DNA of 64,000 nt from Mobula hypostoma (Eukaryota): positions 176,640,001-176,704,000 of the forward strand of contig NC_086097.1 in assembly GCF_963921235.1 (NCBI RefSeq), written 5' to 3'. The first letter of the stretch is position 1. Each line of letters starts with the position of its first letter. A program made the position numbers and the translations under genes. The notes beneath the pieces are model-generated. The model did no database searches. It worked only from the letters and a program-made list of their open reading frames with translations, and was not told where the DNA came from. Of the stretch, positions 48,790-62,007 are shown one piece after another.

Positions 48790-50140
48790 TCCCATTATAG
48801 GGAGGATGTGGAGGCTTTAGAGTGTGTGAAGTAAAGATTTACCAGGATGCTGCCTTGTTTAGATGGTATGTGCTATAAGGAGAGGTTCGGCAAACCTGGA
48901 TTGTTTTCCATGGAGCAGTGGAGGCTGAGAAGAGACCTGACAGAAGTTTATAAGAATATGTGAGTCATAAATGGACTAGGCAGGTAGTATCTTTTCCCCA
49001 GGGTCAAAATATTCAATAATAGAGGATAGTCATTTAAGGTAAGAGGAAGACTATTCAAAGGAGATGAGCAGGTCAAATTTTTTTTCATAGAGACTAATGG
49101 GTGCTAGGAATGTGCTGCCAGAGGTGGTGGTGGAAGCAGATACAACAGAGGTGTTCAAAAGGTTTATAGATAGGCACATGACTAGACAGAAAATGGAGGA
49201 AAGTGGACCATATACTGGCAAAAAGAATTGGTGAAAATAGTTGTTATTAGCTTAATTAGATCATCACAAGATGGGCTGAAGGGCCTTTTCCTGTGCAGCA
49301 CTGTTCTCTGTTCAATGTTCAAATGGTGCAGATGTAATAAAGTAGAGGATGCCAGAAACACTCAGCAGGCCGAAAGAACTGATGGAGAGAGAAACAATGT
49401 TCTAGCTTGACAATAGTTCAAAAAATACTGGGGATTAAAAAAGATGCAGTGATCGGCTGTGAGGACCAACAGAGAAGGAGAAAGTAGGATGGAAGAAGTG
49501 AACAATCAAAGGACAAACTAATTGGGGAGTGCTACAGAATGTAGAGTAAGTACATGGTTCCGTGTAAGTGACATCACACGTAGACAAGGTGACGAAGAAG
49601 GCCTTTGGCATAATCGTCTTCAGGATGTTGAATATAGAAGTGGGGCCATTATGTTGTATTTATACCAGATTGTGATGAGACCTTGTATGTTCGGTTTTTG
49701 TCACTTCGTCAGAAAAGGCTGCAGAGGAGGTTCACAAGGATGATGCCAGGAGTGCAGGTATGAGTTATTGAGAGAGATTGAGTTGAGGTGGTTGTGGGAG
49801 TTTGAGTTGAACTGCTTGGGTTTCTTGTAGAGTGTTAAAATCATGAGGAGCATAGAGAGGGTGAGTGCACAGTCTTTTTCTCAGGGTTGGGGATCAAGAA
49901 CTAGGGGGCAGAGGTTTAAGGTGAGAGGGGGAACGTTTAATAGTAAGCTGAGGAGGAACTTCTTCACGCAGAGGATGATCAGTGTATGGAATGAGCTGCC
50001 AGAGGCAGGTACATCAATAACATTTGAATACAAGTACGTGAATAGGAAAGGTTTCGGTGATATGGGCTGAACTTGGGAAATTTTGGTTAGCATGGACCAG
50101 TTAGGCCAAAGGGTCTGTTTTTGTGCTCTTTGACTCTAAG
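48790..50140 (+). mobile_element. Two CR1 3' fragments (48790-49320 and 49560-50140)
   Basis: FTRMLP-coding tttaccaggatgctgcc; ORF 49843..50070 SRTRGQRFKVRG..RRNFFTQRMISVWNELP. Confidence 0.75.
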
Positions 50141-51182
50141 ATGGTCAGCATTTCAGGTCAAGACCTTTCATTTATCAACAGATGCTGCCTGACCTGCTGT
50201 GTTTTACCAGCATTTGTTTGTTGCTATAGATTCCAAAATCTGCCTTCTCTTGTGTCTCCAACTCAGGTCTTCAAGACTAACACTCACAAAATGCAGAGAT
50301 TTTATAATGAGTTTGTTCTTTAATGTTCATTCATGTTCTGATGAAACTTCAATTGTTTCTCACTCTACAGATATGGCTAAACCTGCATTCTGAGAGGATA
50401 CTTCTATCATTCACTGGTTTAATTCAGATTTCTAGCTTTTGTTGTATCTCATTAACACATTATATGATATTTATTCTGAAAATGAGAATTATAAATTTAT
50501 GGATGATCATTCCAAGAGATTATTCTCTATCAAAAATAAAACAAAATCTTTTAAGTACCTTGTGACATTGAATAAAGATTGAGTTTATAAATTCTCCTTA
50601 GGAATGAAATCAATAGCTTTATAATGCATCCAGTTCAGATTTCTCACCCAAACCAGACAGGATGGCATTAATCTAAATCTTCCAGATCGACTAATCTCAG
50701 AGGAATGGAACAAGCACTCTTCTCTACATCTAACTCTGAACTAGAAACTGCAAAGATTTGTGGATGAAGCTCAGCACATCACGTAAACCAACCTCCTCTC
50801 CATGGACTCTGTCTACACTTCTTGCTGCTTAAAGCAGCCAACTTAATCAACAACCCCATACACACAGACCTCTTTTTTCTCTCCACAAAGATGCAAAATC
50901 CTGAAAGTACATAGCGCCAGGCCCAAGGGCAGCTTCTATCCCACTGTTATAAGACAGTTCTGAACTGATTCTATGATTAATAACTAACTTTATAAAAATC
51001 TACAACTCGTGCTCTCAGCATCATTATTATTTCTAGCTTGTCTTCTTTTGCACATGGGTTATTTGTCAATCTTTGTTTGTTTATGTATAATTTTTCATAA
51101 AATTCTATTGTATTTTCTTTTTCCTGTAAATGCCTGCAAGAAAATAAAATAAAGGTAGTGTGTGGTAACATGTATGTACTTC

Positions 51183-51562
51183 CTATGCATGCATTGAAAA
51201 TGATACAATGTTCCTCCAGAAAGATATCACAGAAACACAAGACAAACCAAGACTAAAACTGACAAAACCACATAATTATAACATATAGTTACAACAGTGG
51301 AAAGCAATACCATAATTTGATAAAGAGCAGACCATGGGCACGGTAAAAAAAAGTCTCAAGTCCCGATAGCCCCATCATCTCACGCAGACACAAACTTGCC
51401 GATGCATTGAAGCACCCGACCGCAGCTGACTCTGAGTCCGTCCAAAAACTTCGAGCCTCCGACCAGCCCTCTGAGTCCAAGCACCGAGCACCATCTCTGC
51501 CGAGCGCTTCGACCCCGCCCCGGCCGCCAAGCAACAAGCAAAGCTGAGGACTCGGGGTCTTC
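51183..51562 (-). mobile_element. Partial second copy of the 32889-33489 non-coding element
   Basis: Shared blocks gatatcacagaaacaca, cacataattataacatatagttacaacagtg, cttcgagcctccgaccagccct. Confidence 0.8.
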
Positions 51563-52239
51563 GTGCAAGAGAAAGTTTTTCACTGTACCTTAGTACATGT
51601 GATAATAATAACCAATTAACAATTACTTCACCTGCTTCTGCCCAGCAGGTGAGAAATGAGGAAACTATTGAACATTCCTGGGACTGTTTCTAAGGGAAAG
51701 TGGGGAAAAGTTGGTTCTAGTGGAGGAGAAATGGGAAAAGAGGACATGCAGTTAAGGCAAACGTCCATCACAGACTTGTGACTTCCTTCCATCCAGTTCA
51801 TCTTTACAGTGCATTGCATCATATTGACAAGGATGATTGCCACTCTGGCTATCCCCATTTGTCTCTCCTGCCTTCTGGGAGAAGGAACAGGAGCTTGAAT
51901 GCCCAGCTTTTCCCCATTGCTATCAAACTTCTGAACTGCTCACTTCTCTCACATCCCGTTCCGAAGCTATGGTGTTACCATGTTCTCAGACTCTTAATTC
52001 TACTTCTTTCATTAATGTCATTTTAGCACTTCTTGGTTCATTACCTCAGTTTGCATTGCTATACTTGGCGCCATTCTGTTGTATTTGTTTATTGCTGTAT
52101 TTATTGTTGTGTTTATTATTATAATGTATAGCATTTACCTCTGAGTGTTGTTCAACAATGAGTCTCATTTCACTCTGGTGGGTGGAACATTGAACTAATC
52201 TGATCTGAAATTCTTTTTACACTGTGTGCTGTTTTTTAT

Positions 52240-52565
52240 GATTCAGTTTGGTAATCGAGGTTTTGCTGGTAATGCCAGTATTTTTTGCTTATCCCTCTTT
52301 GCCCTTGAAGTCACTTTGGAAGCATTTAAGTGTAACCAGCATGGATGATCTAAAGTCACATGTGGACCAGATTGGGTAAGGACAAAAATATTCCCCTCCT
52401 GTGGGACATTGGTGAACTATAAGATATTTTCAACCATGCAGTTAACACCTTTTTTACAAAAAAGTTTTCAGATTGTTAGTAAAATTAACCCACTCAGTTA
52501 CCATGGTGGGAATTGATCTCGTATCTTGCCATATTTACTCCAGGCCACGAGTTACCCCAGACAAA
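52240..52565 (-). mobile_element. Ancient tRNA-derived SINE fragment
   Basis: ccatggtgggaattgatc (reverse B-box-like), agtcacatgtggaccagattgggtaaggac and gcccttgaag blocks resembling a widespread shark SINE; diverged. Confidence 0.45.
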
Positions 52566-53194
52566 TAACTGGTATTGGTATTGATATTGGTTTATTATGG
52601 TCACGTTTACCAAGATACATTGAAAAGCTTGTCGTGCATGCTGTTTTTACAGATCAAATTGTTACATGGTGCAGTGAACTTCAATAAGGTAAAACAATAA
52701 TAATGCAGAATAAGGTGTAAAAATTACTGAGAAAGTGCAGTGCAGGAAAACGATACAGTGCAAGATCATAACGAGGTAGACTGGCAGGCCAAGAATCCAT
52801 CTTATCATACAGGAGGTCCGTTCAAGTGCCTGACAGAAGATGCAGTTGACCCTGGCGGTACATGCTTTTGGGCTTTTGTGTCTTCCACTCAGCGGAGAAG
52901 AGGGAATGTCTAGGGTGTGCTGCGTCTTTAATTATGCTGCTTGCTTTACAGAGACTGAGAGATATAGACATAATCCATAGAGGGTAGTAACTTAAAATAC
53001 ATCATTGAGCTGGAAAGAATGCAAAGATTTACAAGAATGTTGTCAGATCTCAAGGACCTGAGTTATAGGGAGAGATTGGGCAGGGTAGGTCTTTATCTGT
53101 TGGAGTGTGGGATGTCTTATGTAGGTGTATAAAATCATGAGGAGCTTAGAAAGAGTGAATGCCAACAGTCTTTTCCCAGGATCAAAAGAAGATA

Positions 53195-55505
53195 GAAACG
53201 GTACATCAGCACCAGGCGCACCAGGCGCACCAAGCTGCAACTCCTCAGCAAACATGTTAAGGAACTGGAGTTGCAGCTCAATGACCTTTAGGTCATACAG
53301 GAGGTTGAGGAAGTGATAGAAAGGAGCTACAGGGAGGTTTTTCACCCCCAAGGTTGCAGAAGGCAGGTAACTGGGTGACTGTCAAGAGAAGAAAAGGAAA
53401 TGGGCTGCCAGTCCAGAGTACTATGGTTGTTCCCCTCAGTAATAAGTATAGGGTTATGCTTACTGCTCAGGGGGGGTGACCTACCAGGGGGTGCTGCAGC
53501 GACATGGTCTCTGCAACGGAGTCTGGCACTGTGGCTTAGAAGTGAAGGGGTTTGCAGTAGTGATAGGAGATTCCATAGTTAGAGGAACAGAGATGAGATT
53601 CTGTGGATGTGACAGAGACACCTGGATGATATGTTGCCTCACAACTACCTGGTCTATACCTAGTCCCACCCTGCTACTGTGAAAATGCCATCCCCTTAAC
53701 TCAACTCCTCCATCTCTACCGCATCTGCTCTCAAGATGAGGCTTTTCATTCTAGAATGAAGGAGATCTCCTTTTTCAAAGAAAGGGGCTTCCCTTCCTCC
53801 ACCTTCAATACTGCCCTCAACCACACCTCTTCCATTTCGCGCACATCTGCTCTTACCCCATAATTCCACCACCCTACAAGGGATAGGGTTCCTCTTGTCC
53901 TCATCCACCACCCCACTAGCCTCTGTGTCCAGCACATAATTCTCCGAAACTTCCACCACCTCCAACTGGATTCCACCACCAAACATGTCTTTCCCTCCAC
54001 CCCCCTCCACTTTCTGCTTTCTGCAGGGATCGCTGCCTACGTGACTCCCTTGTCCATTCGTCCCTGCTCACTGACCTCTTTCCTGCCTCTTATCCTTGCA
54101 AACGGAACAAGTGCTTCACCTGCCCTGCATCTCCTCACTCACTACCATTTAGGGCCCCAAACAGTCCTTCCAACTGATGCGACACTTCACCTGTTAGTCT
54201 GTTGGGGTCATTTGTTTGTGTTTGGTGCTCCCATTGTGGCCTCCTGTATATCGGTGAGACCCGATGTAGATTGGGAGACTGCTTCACTGAGCATCTACGC
54301 TCCGTTCGCCAGACAAGCGGGACCTCCCAGTGACCACATGTTTCAATTCCACTTCCCATTCCCATTCTGATATATCTATCCATAGCCTCTTCCACTGTCC
54401 TGATGAGGCCACACGTAGGTTGGAGGAACAATGCCTTATATTCTGTTTGGGTAGCCTCCAACCTGATGGCATGAACATTGATTTCTCAAACTTCCAGTAA
54501 TGCCTCACTCCGTCCCCCTTCACCAATTCCCATCCCCTTGTCCCTCTATCATGTTATCTCCTTTCCCACCTATCACCTCCCTCTGGTGCTCCTCCCCCCC
54601 CCTTCTTCTTTCTTTCTTCCATGATCTTCTGTCCTTTCACCAATCAACTTCCCAGCTCTTTGCTTCATCCCTCCCCATCCAAGTTTCACCTATCACCTGG
54701 CGTTTCTCTCTCCCCTCCCCCTAACTTTCAAATCTACTTCTCAGCTTTCTTTCTCCAGTCCTGCTGAAGGGTTTCAGCTCAAAACGTCAACTGTACTTTT
54801 TTCCATAGATGCTGCCTGGTCTGCTGAGTTCCTCCAGCATTTTGCGTGTGTTGCTCGGACTTCCTGCATATGCAGATATTCTCTTGTTTGTCAGAGATGC
54901 CTTGGATCAGGTCCACGGCATTTTAGAGGGAGAGGCTGAGCAGCCACAGAAGTCTGTAGATATTGAAGTGAATGACAGGTGGGAAAGGTGAGGAGGTCCT
55001 GAAGAGGGATTTTAGGGAGCTGGACAGGAAGTTAAAAAGCAGGACCTCCAGGGTAGAAACCTCTGTATTGCTGCTTGTGCCACACACCAGCAAGGATAAA
55101 CTAGGAACATATGGCAGACAAATGTGGCTGAGGAATTGATGCAGGGAGCAGAGATTCAGATTTCTAGATCATTGAGATCTCTTCTGTGGAAGGTACGACC
55201 ATTAGAAAAGGGATGGGTTACAACTCAGCCCAAGAGGGACCAACATCCTTGTGGGCATGGGAGATTTCAAAATAGAGGTTGATTGGCAAAATCAGGTTGG
55301 TGCTGGATCCCAAGAGGGGCAATTTCTGGGACACCTATGAGATGAGATTTTAGAGCAGCACGTGGTTCAGCCCACTGGAGGATCAACTATTCTAATTGGG
55401 TGTTTTGCAATGAACCAAAATTAATTAGAGAGCTTAAGGTAAAATAACCTTTAAGGTACAGTGACCTTAAAATGGTAGCATTCACACTGTAATTTGAGAA
55501 TAAGT
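53195..55505 (+). mobile_element. CR1 ORF1/ORF2 fragment split by a Penelope insertion
   Basis: VVIGDSIVRGTEMRFCGCDRDTWMICCL (SGNH esterase block I) ends at 53640 and ORF1 resumes at ~54891. Confidence 0.8.
53641..54890 (+). mobile_element. 5'-truncated Penelope-like element (second subfamily)
   Basis: Homologous to 43333-44600 in reverse (RRICSQDEAFHSR, LYIGET, LGSLQPDGMNIDFSNF*); decayed hammerhead at 54757-54792. Confidence 0.9.
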
Positions 55506-55639
55506 TTAAGATCATAAGACCATAACATATGACACTAGATTTAGGGCATTTGGCCCATCGAGTCTACACCACCATTTAATCATGGTTGATCCATTTTTCC
55601 TCTCAGCCCCAATTTCCTGCCTTCTGACCAGATTTACAA

Positions 55640-56110
55640 CCCTACTGCACAGGACGAAAGAAGCTGCAGAGGGTTGTAGATCTAGTCAGCTCCATCTTGG
55701 ATACTAGCCTACAAAGTAACCAGAACATCTTCAAGGAGCAGTGTTTCAGAAAGGCAGCATTCATTATTAAGGACATCCAGCACCCAGGACATGCCCTTTT
55801 CTCACTGTTACCATCAGGTAGGAGGTACAGAAGCCTGAAGGCACACACTCAGCAATTCAGGAACAGCTTCTTCCCCTCTGTCATCCGATTCCTTAAAGGA
55901 CATTGAACCCTTGGACACTATCTCTTTTTTTATTATGCACTATTTCTATTTATTGCTCTTTCTTAAATCTATTCGATATATGTATACAGTAATTTATTTA
56001 CTTATTTATTCATTTTTAATTTTATTTTTTTCTCTTCTAGATTATGTATAACTGCTGCTGCTAAGTTAACAAATTTCACATCACATGCAGGTGATAATAA
56101 GCCTGATTCT
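55640..56110 (+). mobile_element. Rex1/Babar-type 3' fragment inserted in a CR1 3' UTR
   Basis: [49 protein letters not shown]; ctgattct tail. Confidence 0.85.
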
Positions 56111-56604
56111 AATTTTCCCCGTATCCCTTCATGCCCTGACCACTCAAGAATCTATCAACCGCTGCCTTAAATATACATAAAGTCTTGGCTTCCAGAGCTG
56201 CCTGTGGCAACAAGTTCCACAGATTCACCACTCTTTGGTTAAAGAAATTCATCCTCATCTCCATTCTAAAAGGATGCCCCACAATTCTGAGACTGCCCTT
56301 TGGTCTTAGACTCTCCCACCATAGGAAATATTCTCTCCACTTCCCCTCTATCAAGGCCCTTCACCATTCAATAGTTTTCAATTAGGTCATCCCTCATTCT
56401 TTTATAAATAAAGGCCCAAAGCCATCAAAACTCTTCACCTTACACTGCCTCTCATCAATCAGCCAATATTCTAACCATGCCTGTAACTTTCCTGTAATAC
56501 CATAGGCTCTTAAACTTGATAAGTAGCCTGATGTGTGGAACCTTGTCAAAGGCCTTCTGAATGTCCAAATATACAACATCCAATGCATCCCCTTTATCAA
56601 TCCT

Positions 56605-57643
56605 TGTCATACAGGGGGGTGCTGGGAGCAGACCCAAATGCAAGACACTGACACTGAAGTACTAGGAACAGGACAGGACTAGAGACTAGAGTTAGGGACA
56701 TAACGAGGCTTGGGTTCCTCGAGGCGAGGACATGAGGAGGCTTGGGTTCAGACTCTGAGAGACTGGACAAGGACCCAGAACCTGGGTCTTGACTCAGGCT
56801 CAGATTTCGGAACTAGGTGAAGACATGACGTGGTCTTGGGAAACAGGAACCTTGGAACACAAATCCGGAAGCCTTGACTTGGTTGAGGGAGAGACAGGAG
56901 CATGGAACACAGGTTGCAGGGCAAGGCTCTGTGTTCTGCGTTCTTGTCGTCCCAAGTCCAAGGTTCCGAGGTTCCTGTCGTCCCAAGTCCAAGGCTCGGC
57001 TGTTCCTGAGTACCAAGTCAAGGCTTCATGTTCTCATCCTGTCCATGTGCTTTATCTTGTCCAAACCCCCTGTATGAATCCCTTCCCTTCTCTTCACCTT
57101 CCTGCCGGAGCCCTGCCTGAAGCCAAGCCTTGCCTTGCCTTGCCTGTCTTGCCTTGTCTCGCCTCACCTGTAACCCTCTCCTGCAGCGCTGTCAAGTTCA
57201 ACTGCCAGAGCAATATAAGGAACTGTCTATTGTTGTTTTGAACTGTCTCTGTGTCCACGCCTTCACTAGGTAGATCCGGCCGTTTGCCGCTACCTAGTGT
57301 TGGGAACCGTCTCTGTGTCCACGCCTTCGCTAGGTAGGTCCAGCCGTTTGCTGCTACCTAGTATTGAGAACTGTCTCGTCGTGTTCAGCATTCTGTGTAT
57401 GAGTCCTGGCCCTATGTCCTGTTCCCAAGCAGGGGTCCCAGCTCTGTGTTCTGTGTATGAGTTCCGGCCCTACGTCCTGTTCCCAAGAAGGGGTCCTGGC
57501 TCTGTGTTCCATGTCTCTGCGTTCTTGTGCGAGCTCCTTGTCTGCATCCAGTCACATCCCAGCTCTCTAGTCAAGTCCTGATCCTAGTACTTCAGTGTCT
57601 GTGTCTTGCATTTGGGGCCGCCATCAACGCCCACCTTATGATA
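56605..57643. mobile_element. LTR-derived insert with inverted ends and 5-bp TSD ATCCT
   Basis: TGTCATA...TATGATA; atcct at 56600-56604 and 57644-57648; cccaaatgcaagacac(t/-)gacactgaagtactagga near both ends in inverted orientation; internal ~60-bp tandem duplications. Confidence 0.85.
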
Positions 57644-60021
57644 ATCCTAACTGTAATCTCCTCAAAGTATTCCAGCAGGTTTGTCAGGCAATATTTGCCT
57701 TCAGGAAGCCATGCTGACTTTTTCCTATCTTGTCCTGTGTCACCAAGTGCTCCATCACCTCATCCTTAACAACTGACTCCAACATCTTCCCAGCTGCTGA
57801 GGTCAGGCTAACTGGCCTATAATTTCTTTTCTACTGCCTTCCTCCTTTCTTAAAGAGTGGAGTGATGTTTGCAATTTTACAGTCCTCTGGCACCATGCCA
57901 GAGTTCAATGATATTTGAAAGATCATTAGCATTGCCTCCCAAATCTCTATCGCTACCTCTTTCAGATCCCTAGGGTGCAATTCATCTGGTCTGAGTGACT
58001 TATGTACCTTTAGGTCTTTCACTTTTTGAGCACCTTCTCCCTTGTAATAGTAACTGCACTCACTTCTCTTCCCTCACAACCTTCAACATCTGGCACACTG
58101 TTAGTGTCTTCCACAGCGAAGTCTGATGCAAAAGACTCATTTAGTTCATCTGCCATTCCTTAGTACCCGGTTTTTATTTCTCCGGCCTCATTTTCAAGCA
58201 GTCCTGTATCCACTCTCATCTCTCTTTCGATACAGTCTGTATCCTTGGACATTAAGCTCCCAGCTATAATCTTCTTTCAGCCATGATTCAGTGATGCCTA
58301 CAACATCATACTTGTAATTGTGCTACAAGTTTATTTACATTATTCCATGTACTGTGCACATTCAAGTATAACACCTTCAGTCCTCTATTCACCCTTTTCA
58401 ATTTTGTCCATCTTTGACATTGTAACTCATCCTGTTGACTGAAATTTTGCCCTATCATCAGCCTCTCCTCACTATACATTGACTCTATTTTTAAACCAGC
58501 TACCTCATCTTCAGCACCAACATCTACCTTTGCTATGATACTTCTTGCATTGAAATATATGCAGTTCAGGATATTAGCTGCACCATGCTTAACCTTTTGA
58601 TTCATAACTTTGTCTGAGGTCTTACCAACATCTGCCTCCACCACCTCGCCAGTAACTGTTCTGGCACTCTGGTTCCCATCTACCTGCAACTCTAGTTCCC
58701 CTCCAGTTCAGGTGCAGACTGTACCTTCTGTACAGGTCCCACCTTCCCTGGAAGAGAGCTCAATGATCCGAAAATCTTATGCCCTCCCTCCTACATCGAC
58801 TCCTTAGCCACGTATTCAGCCCCCTTGTTCTGGTCTCACTAGTACATTGCATTGGTAGCAATCCTGAGATCACAATCCCAGAGGTCTTGCCCTTCAATTT
58901 AGCACCTAACTCCCTGAACTCCCTTTGGAGAACCTTGTCATTTGATCTACCTGTGTCATTGGTACCTACATAGCCACAACCTCTGACTGTTCATCTCCCA
59001 TTTAAGAATGCTAAGGACTCTACCTGAGCTGTCCTGGGACCTGGTACCAGCAGAGGCAACATACAATCTGGGAAACTCGTCCTTTTCCACAGAATCTCTT
59101 ATCCATTCCCCTACCTAAAAATCCCCTTTAGCACCACAGTCAGATGTATCAATGGTTCAAAGGTTGTACGCAGAATACAACTTGTCTTCTCCAGATAGGC
59201 CCATAAAATATAGAAAACTGTAGAAGTAGTTGAAAGAAAGACTACAATCCACCCTCACCCCCCACAGGAAAAGAAAAATAAGCAAAATCTCGCAAACCCC
59301 AAAACTCCCCAATCTCTCCCTCGCACAAAAACTAATAGATCACCCAACCCCCAGCCCGCCAATCAGTAACAAGAAAGAATTGTCAAGAACATAAAAAACT
59401 CATAGAGCTGTGGGCCAATATGAACTACAGTTCAATCCATGAATCTCAGAATTTCAATAACATTTCTGAGAGCATTGGGACCCAGTGGCCCCTTCGAGGA
59501 CAGTGACACAAACCAGCTGCCCCCCTGAAAGATGCGACATGAACCAACAGCGTCTTCAAGGGATGCAGTGCAAACCAGCAGCCCTTCCAAGGGAAGTGTC
59601 CCGAACCAACGGCCTTTCTGAGAAACGCTCGCTCTCCTTTTCATTTGCCTCGATGTTTCAATCAGTATCACAGTGGAGTAAAGGGAATTACAGAGGCATG
59701 AGAGAGCAGCTGGCCAAATTTGGGAGGACACCTACAAGAAGATCAACAATAGCTGGAGTTTCTGTGAGACACTTGGAAGCTACAGGATGGATGCATCCCA
59801 AAGAAGCAGTTGTATTCTACAGGCACGATATTGCAACCATAGCTGATGAGGGAAGTCAAAGCCATAAAAGCCAAAAAGATTCCATATAATAGAATAAAAA
59901 TTAGTGGGAGGTTACAGGATTGGAAAGCTTTCAAAAACCAAAGAAGGCAACTACAAAGTCATAATGTAGGAAAATATGGAATATGAAGGTTAGCTGGCCA
60001 ACATAATATTAAAGAGGTTGG

Positions 60022-60503
60022 TGTTACTGTGAACAAAGACACTGAAACTAATGGATATAAAAGTCTTCATTCAGCAAAATGAGCCGCAGGCATTATATTT
60101 GAGACACTCTTGGAAGAAGAGGCCTGTCTGACCCAATATTACATGATATTTTTATATGCTAAAGGTCAAAGATAACAGCAGGACAATTCTATAGTAGCAA
60201 TGTATCCACAATGCTTCCTTTGAATTACATATCATTTCCAAACACCCCATATTCACATCCACACTCCAGACACCCAAAACGAATGTTAATTCCCAATGAC
60301 TCTAGGCTGCATTCATGCACATTTAGGCATCTGAAGTCAAAAGCAATGTTTCTTTGTTTACAATGAACCCCAAAATGCAGCTCCAGGAAGCCTTTGTTCA
60401 TAGCTACATTTTAAATTCAATGTTTCAATGTACAATCCACGTTCGGGTCTGAAGACAGACTGCTGTTGAAATTAGTATTTGCTATATACCATACTTCCTC
60501 ACA
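60022..60503 (-). mobile_element. 3' LTR of an endogenous retrovirus
   Basis: Minus strand TGTGAGG...GTAACA, preceded by purine tract aagagagccaagaggagataa (PPT); TATAAAAA at ~60150-60157 and AATGAA at 60066-60071. Confidence 0.75.
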
Positions 60504-61519
60504 TTATCTCCTCTTGGCTCTCTTGGACAAAAATATTTTTGATCCAGAAAAGACCAAACCTAAAGGGAAATCTAAGCAAGTAGGGCAACAAAAAATGCCC
60601 TGTACTTCAGACCCACTTTCCCAATTACTATCCATATCCATATTACTATCTACATCCCTAATGGCTACCTAGAAGACTCTAAGCAGAGAATATTCCAGAA
60701 ATTTGACCAATAGTCTTTAAAATGTATCTTGGTCATTCGTATGACTGTTGCCTCCTTCCCTGCTGGCCGTTTGCAGTTTAATCACATTCTTTATCTTTAC
60801 CCCTTCAGTTTCTGATAGCTAAAACTCAACAGTGGTTATCGTGGTTACTCTCTGGTCAGGGGCATCAGCAAGATAAATGCATCAGGCTCACAGGCAACAG
60901 TTCACACTCTACACCATGTCAAAAGATTGTCAGTATGATCAGACAAACTAGTCTCTCAGACCCTTTCACCAATGTACAGGAGGGGATGAGGAGATCTCTA
61001 TTTGAATGACTATAAGGACCTCACCCTGGTGACACCCTGTCATGGACTATCCATTCCATCATTGGCCCAACCTCTGAAAGGGCCCAGCTCATTTGTGTTC
61101 ACTTCCCATTCTGAAAGGGGTGACTGACTTCAGACGCAGTGCCTAATTTCTTCTCTTTCTTAGTCTGCCATGCCATCAAAGTTGTGGAACTTCATTTCTC
61201 TGCAGTAACTCAGATCCTTCCCATCTATTTTTCCCAATATTTTTTCTATACTGAGCTATATAATCAATCAGCTACCTTTAGCAACTGGACTTCATTACAG
61301 AGTACAGTTACTGTTATACTTTAACATGCTTTTCACGGCTTGCTGTCATGCTTTCTTGGTGTCCTCTGCTTTTGCATTTACTGTGGGTCTGCTTCTATCA
61401 GCTACGGTCAGGTCTGATGCAACCAGCTGATGTTCATCACTTGGGTTCTCTGCAATGACACTGTTACCAGGTACATTTGATCTCTTGCTCTGTCTGTGAG
61501 GGTGACAAGAAGGTGGGTC

Positions 61520-62007
61520 GTACGGTTTAACCTGAGTCCAATGTTCCCACCGGGACTGTACACCAACACAGGCGTCATTCGTCCCGAGCACCACCTGTAG
61601 TTCTATCCACCTGGGAGCGAAACCACCTCCCTTACCACGACCTGGTCACCTGGCTGTAGGAGGACAACCTTCTCTCCCTCGGACTCTCTCTGATCTGCAA
61701 TATGTCATTGCTGCTTTGCTCCATCCCTCAATGTGTTACCCTGGTTACAGCGGTCCTTCGCATCTCCATGTAATCCTACTAAATTAGCATTTGTAGTTAC
61801 TTCCTGTACACTTGTAATTCCTGTTGCTTCTTGTACTTCCGCTGCCCTCCTCGCACTGATGTCTGTCCACTCGGTCCCTTTCTGCTCCTTACTATCCCCT
61901 TTCTGATGAGCCTTTATTTTAATCACTGCTCCCTCCTCAGGCAGCTGCACGACTTCCAACAGCTCCTGGCTGTACTTGGCCCCTCTCCTGACATGATTCC
62001 CACACAT
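61520..62007 (-). pseudogene. pol: Retroviral pol remnant: RNase H C-terminus joined to integrase C-terminal domain
   Basis: ELLEVVQLPEEGAVIKIKAHQKGDSKEQKGTEWTDISARRAA, then after a TGA LQPGDQVVVR and, after a frameshift, FAPRWIELQVVLGT...WEHWTQVK. Confidence 0.75.

Larger units (their letters stand above)
55505..59135 (-). mobile_element. CR1 with ORF1 remnant, deleted ORF2 and 3' end; two nested inserts
   Basis: (cataagac)n tail at 55512; DVVYLDIQKAFDKVPH; PDELHPRDLKE; IYFNARSI and LKVLYLN endonuclease starts; ORF1 remnant 58700-59130. Confidence 0.85.

Noticed and set aside
57243..57510. ~60-bp direct repeats resembling an array
   Set aside because: Two simple tandem duplications inside the LTR-derived insert, with no unique spacers
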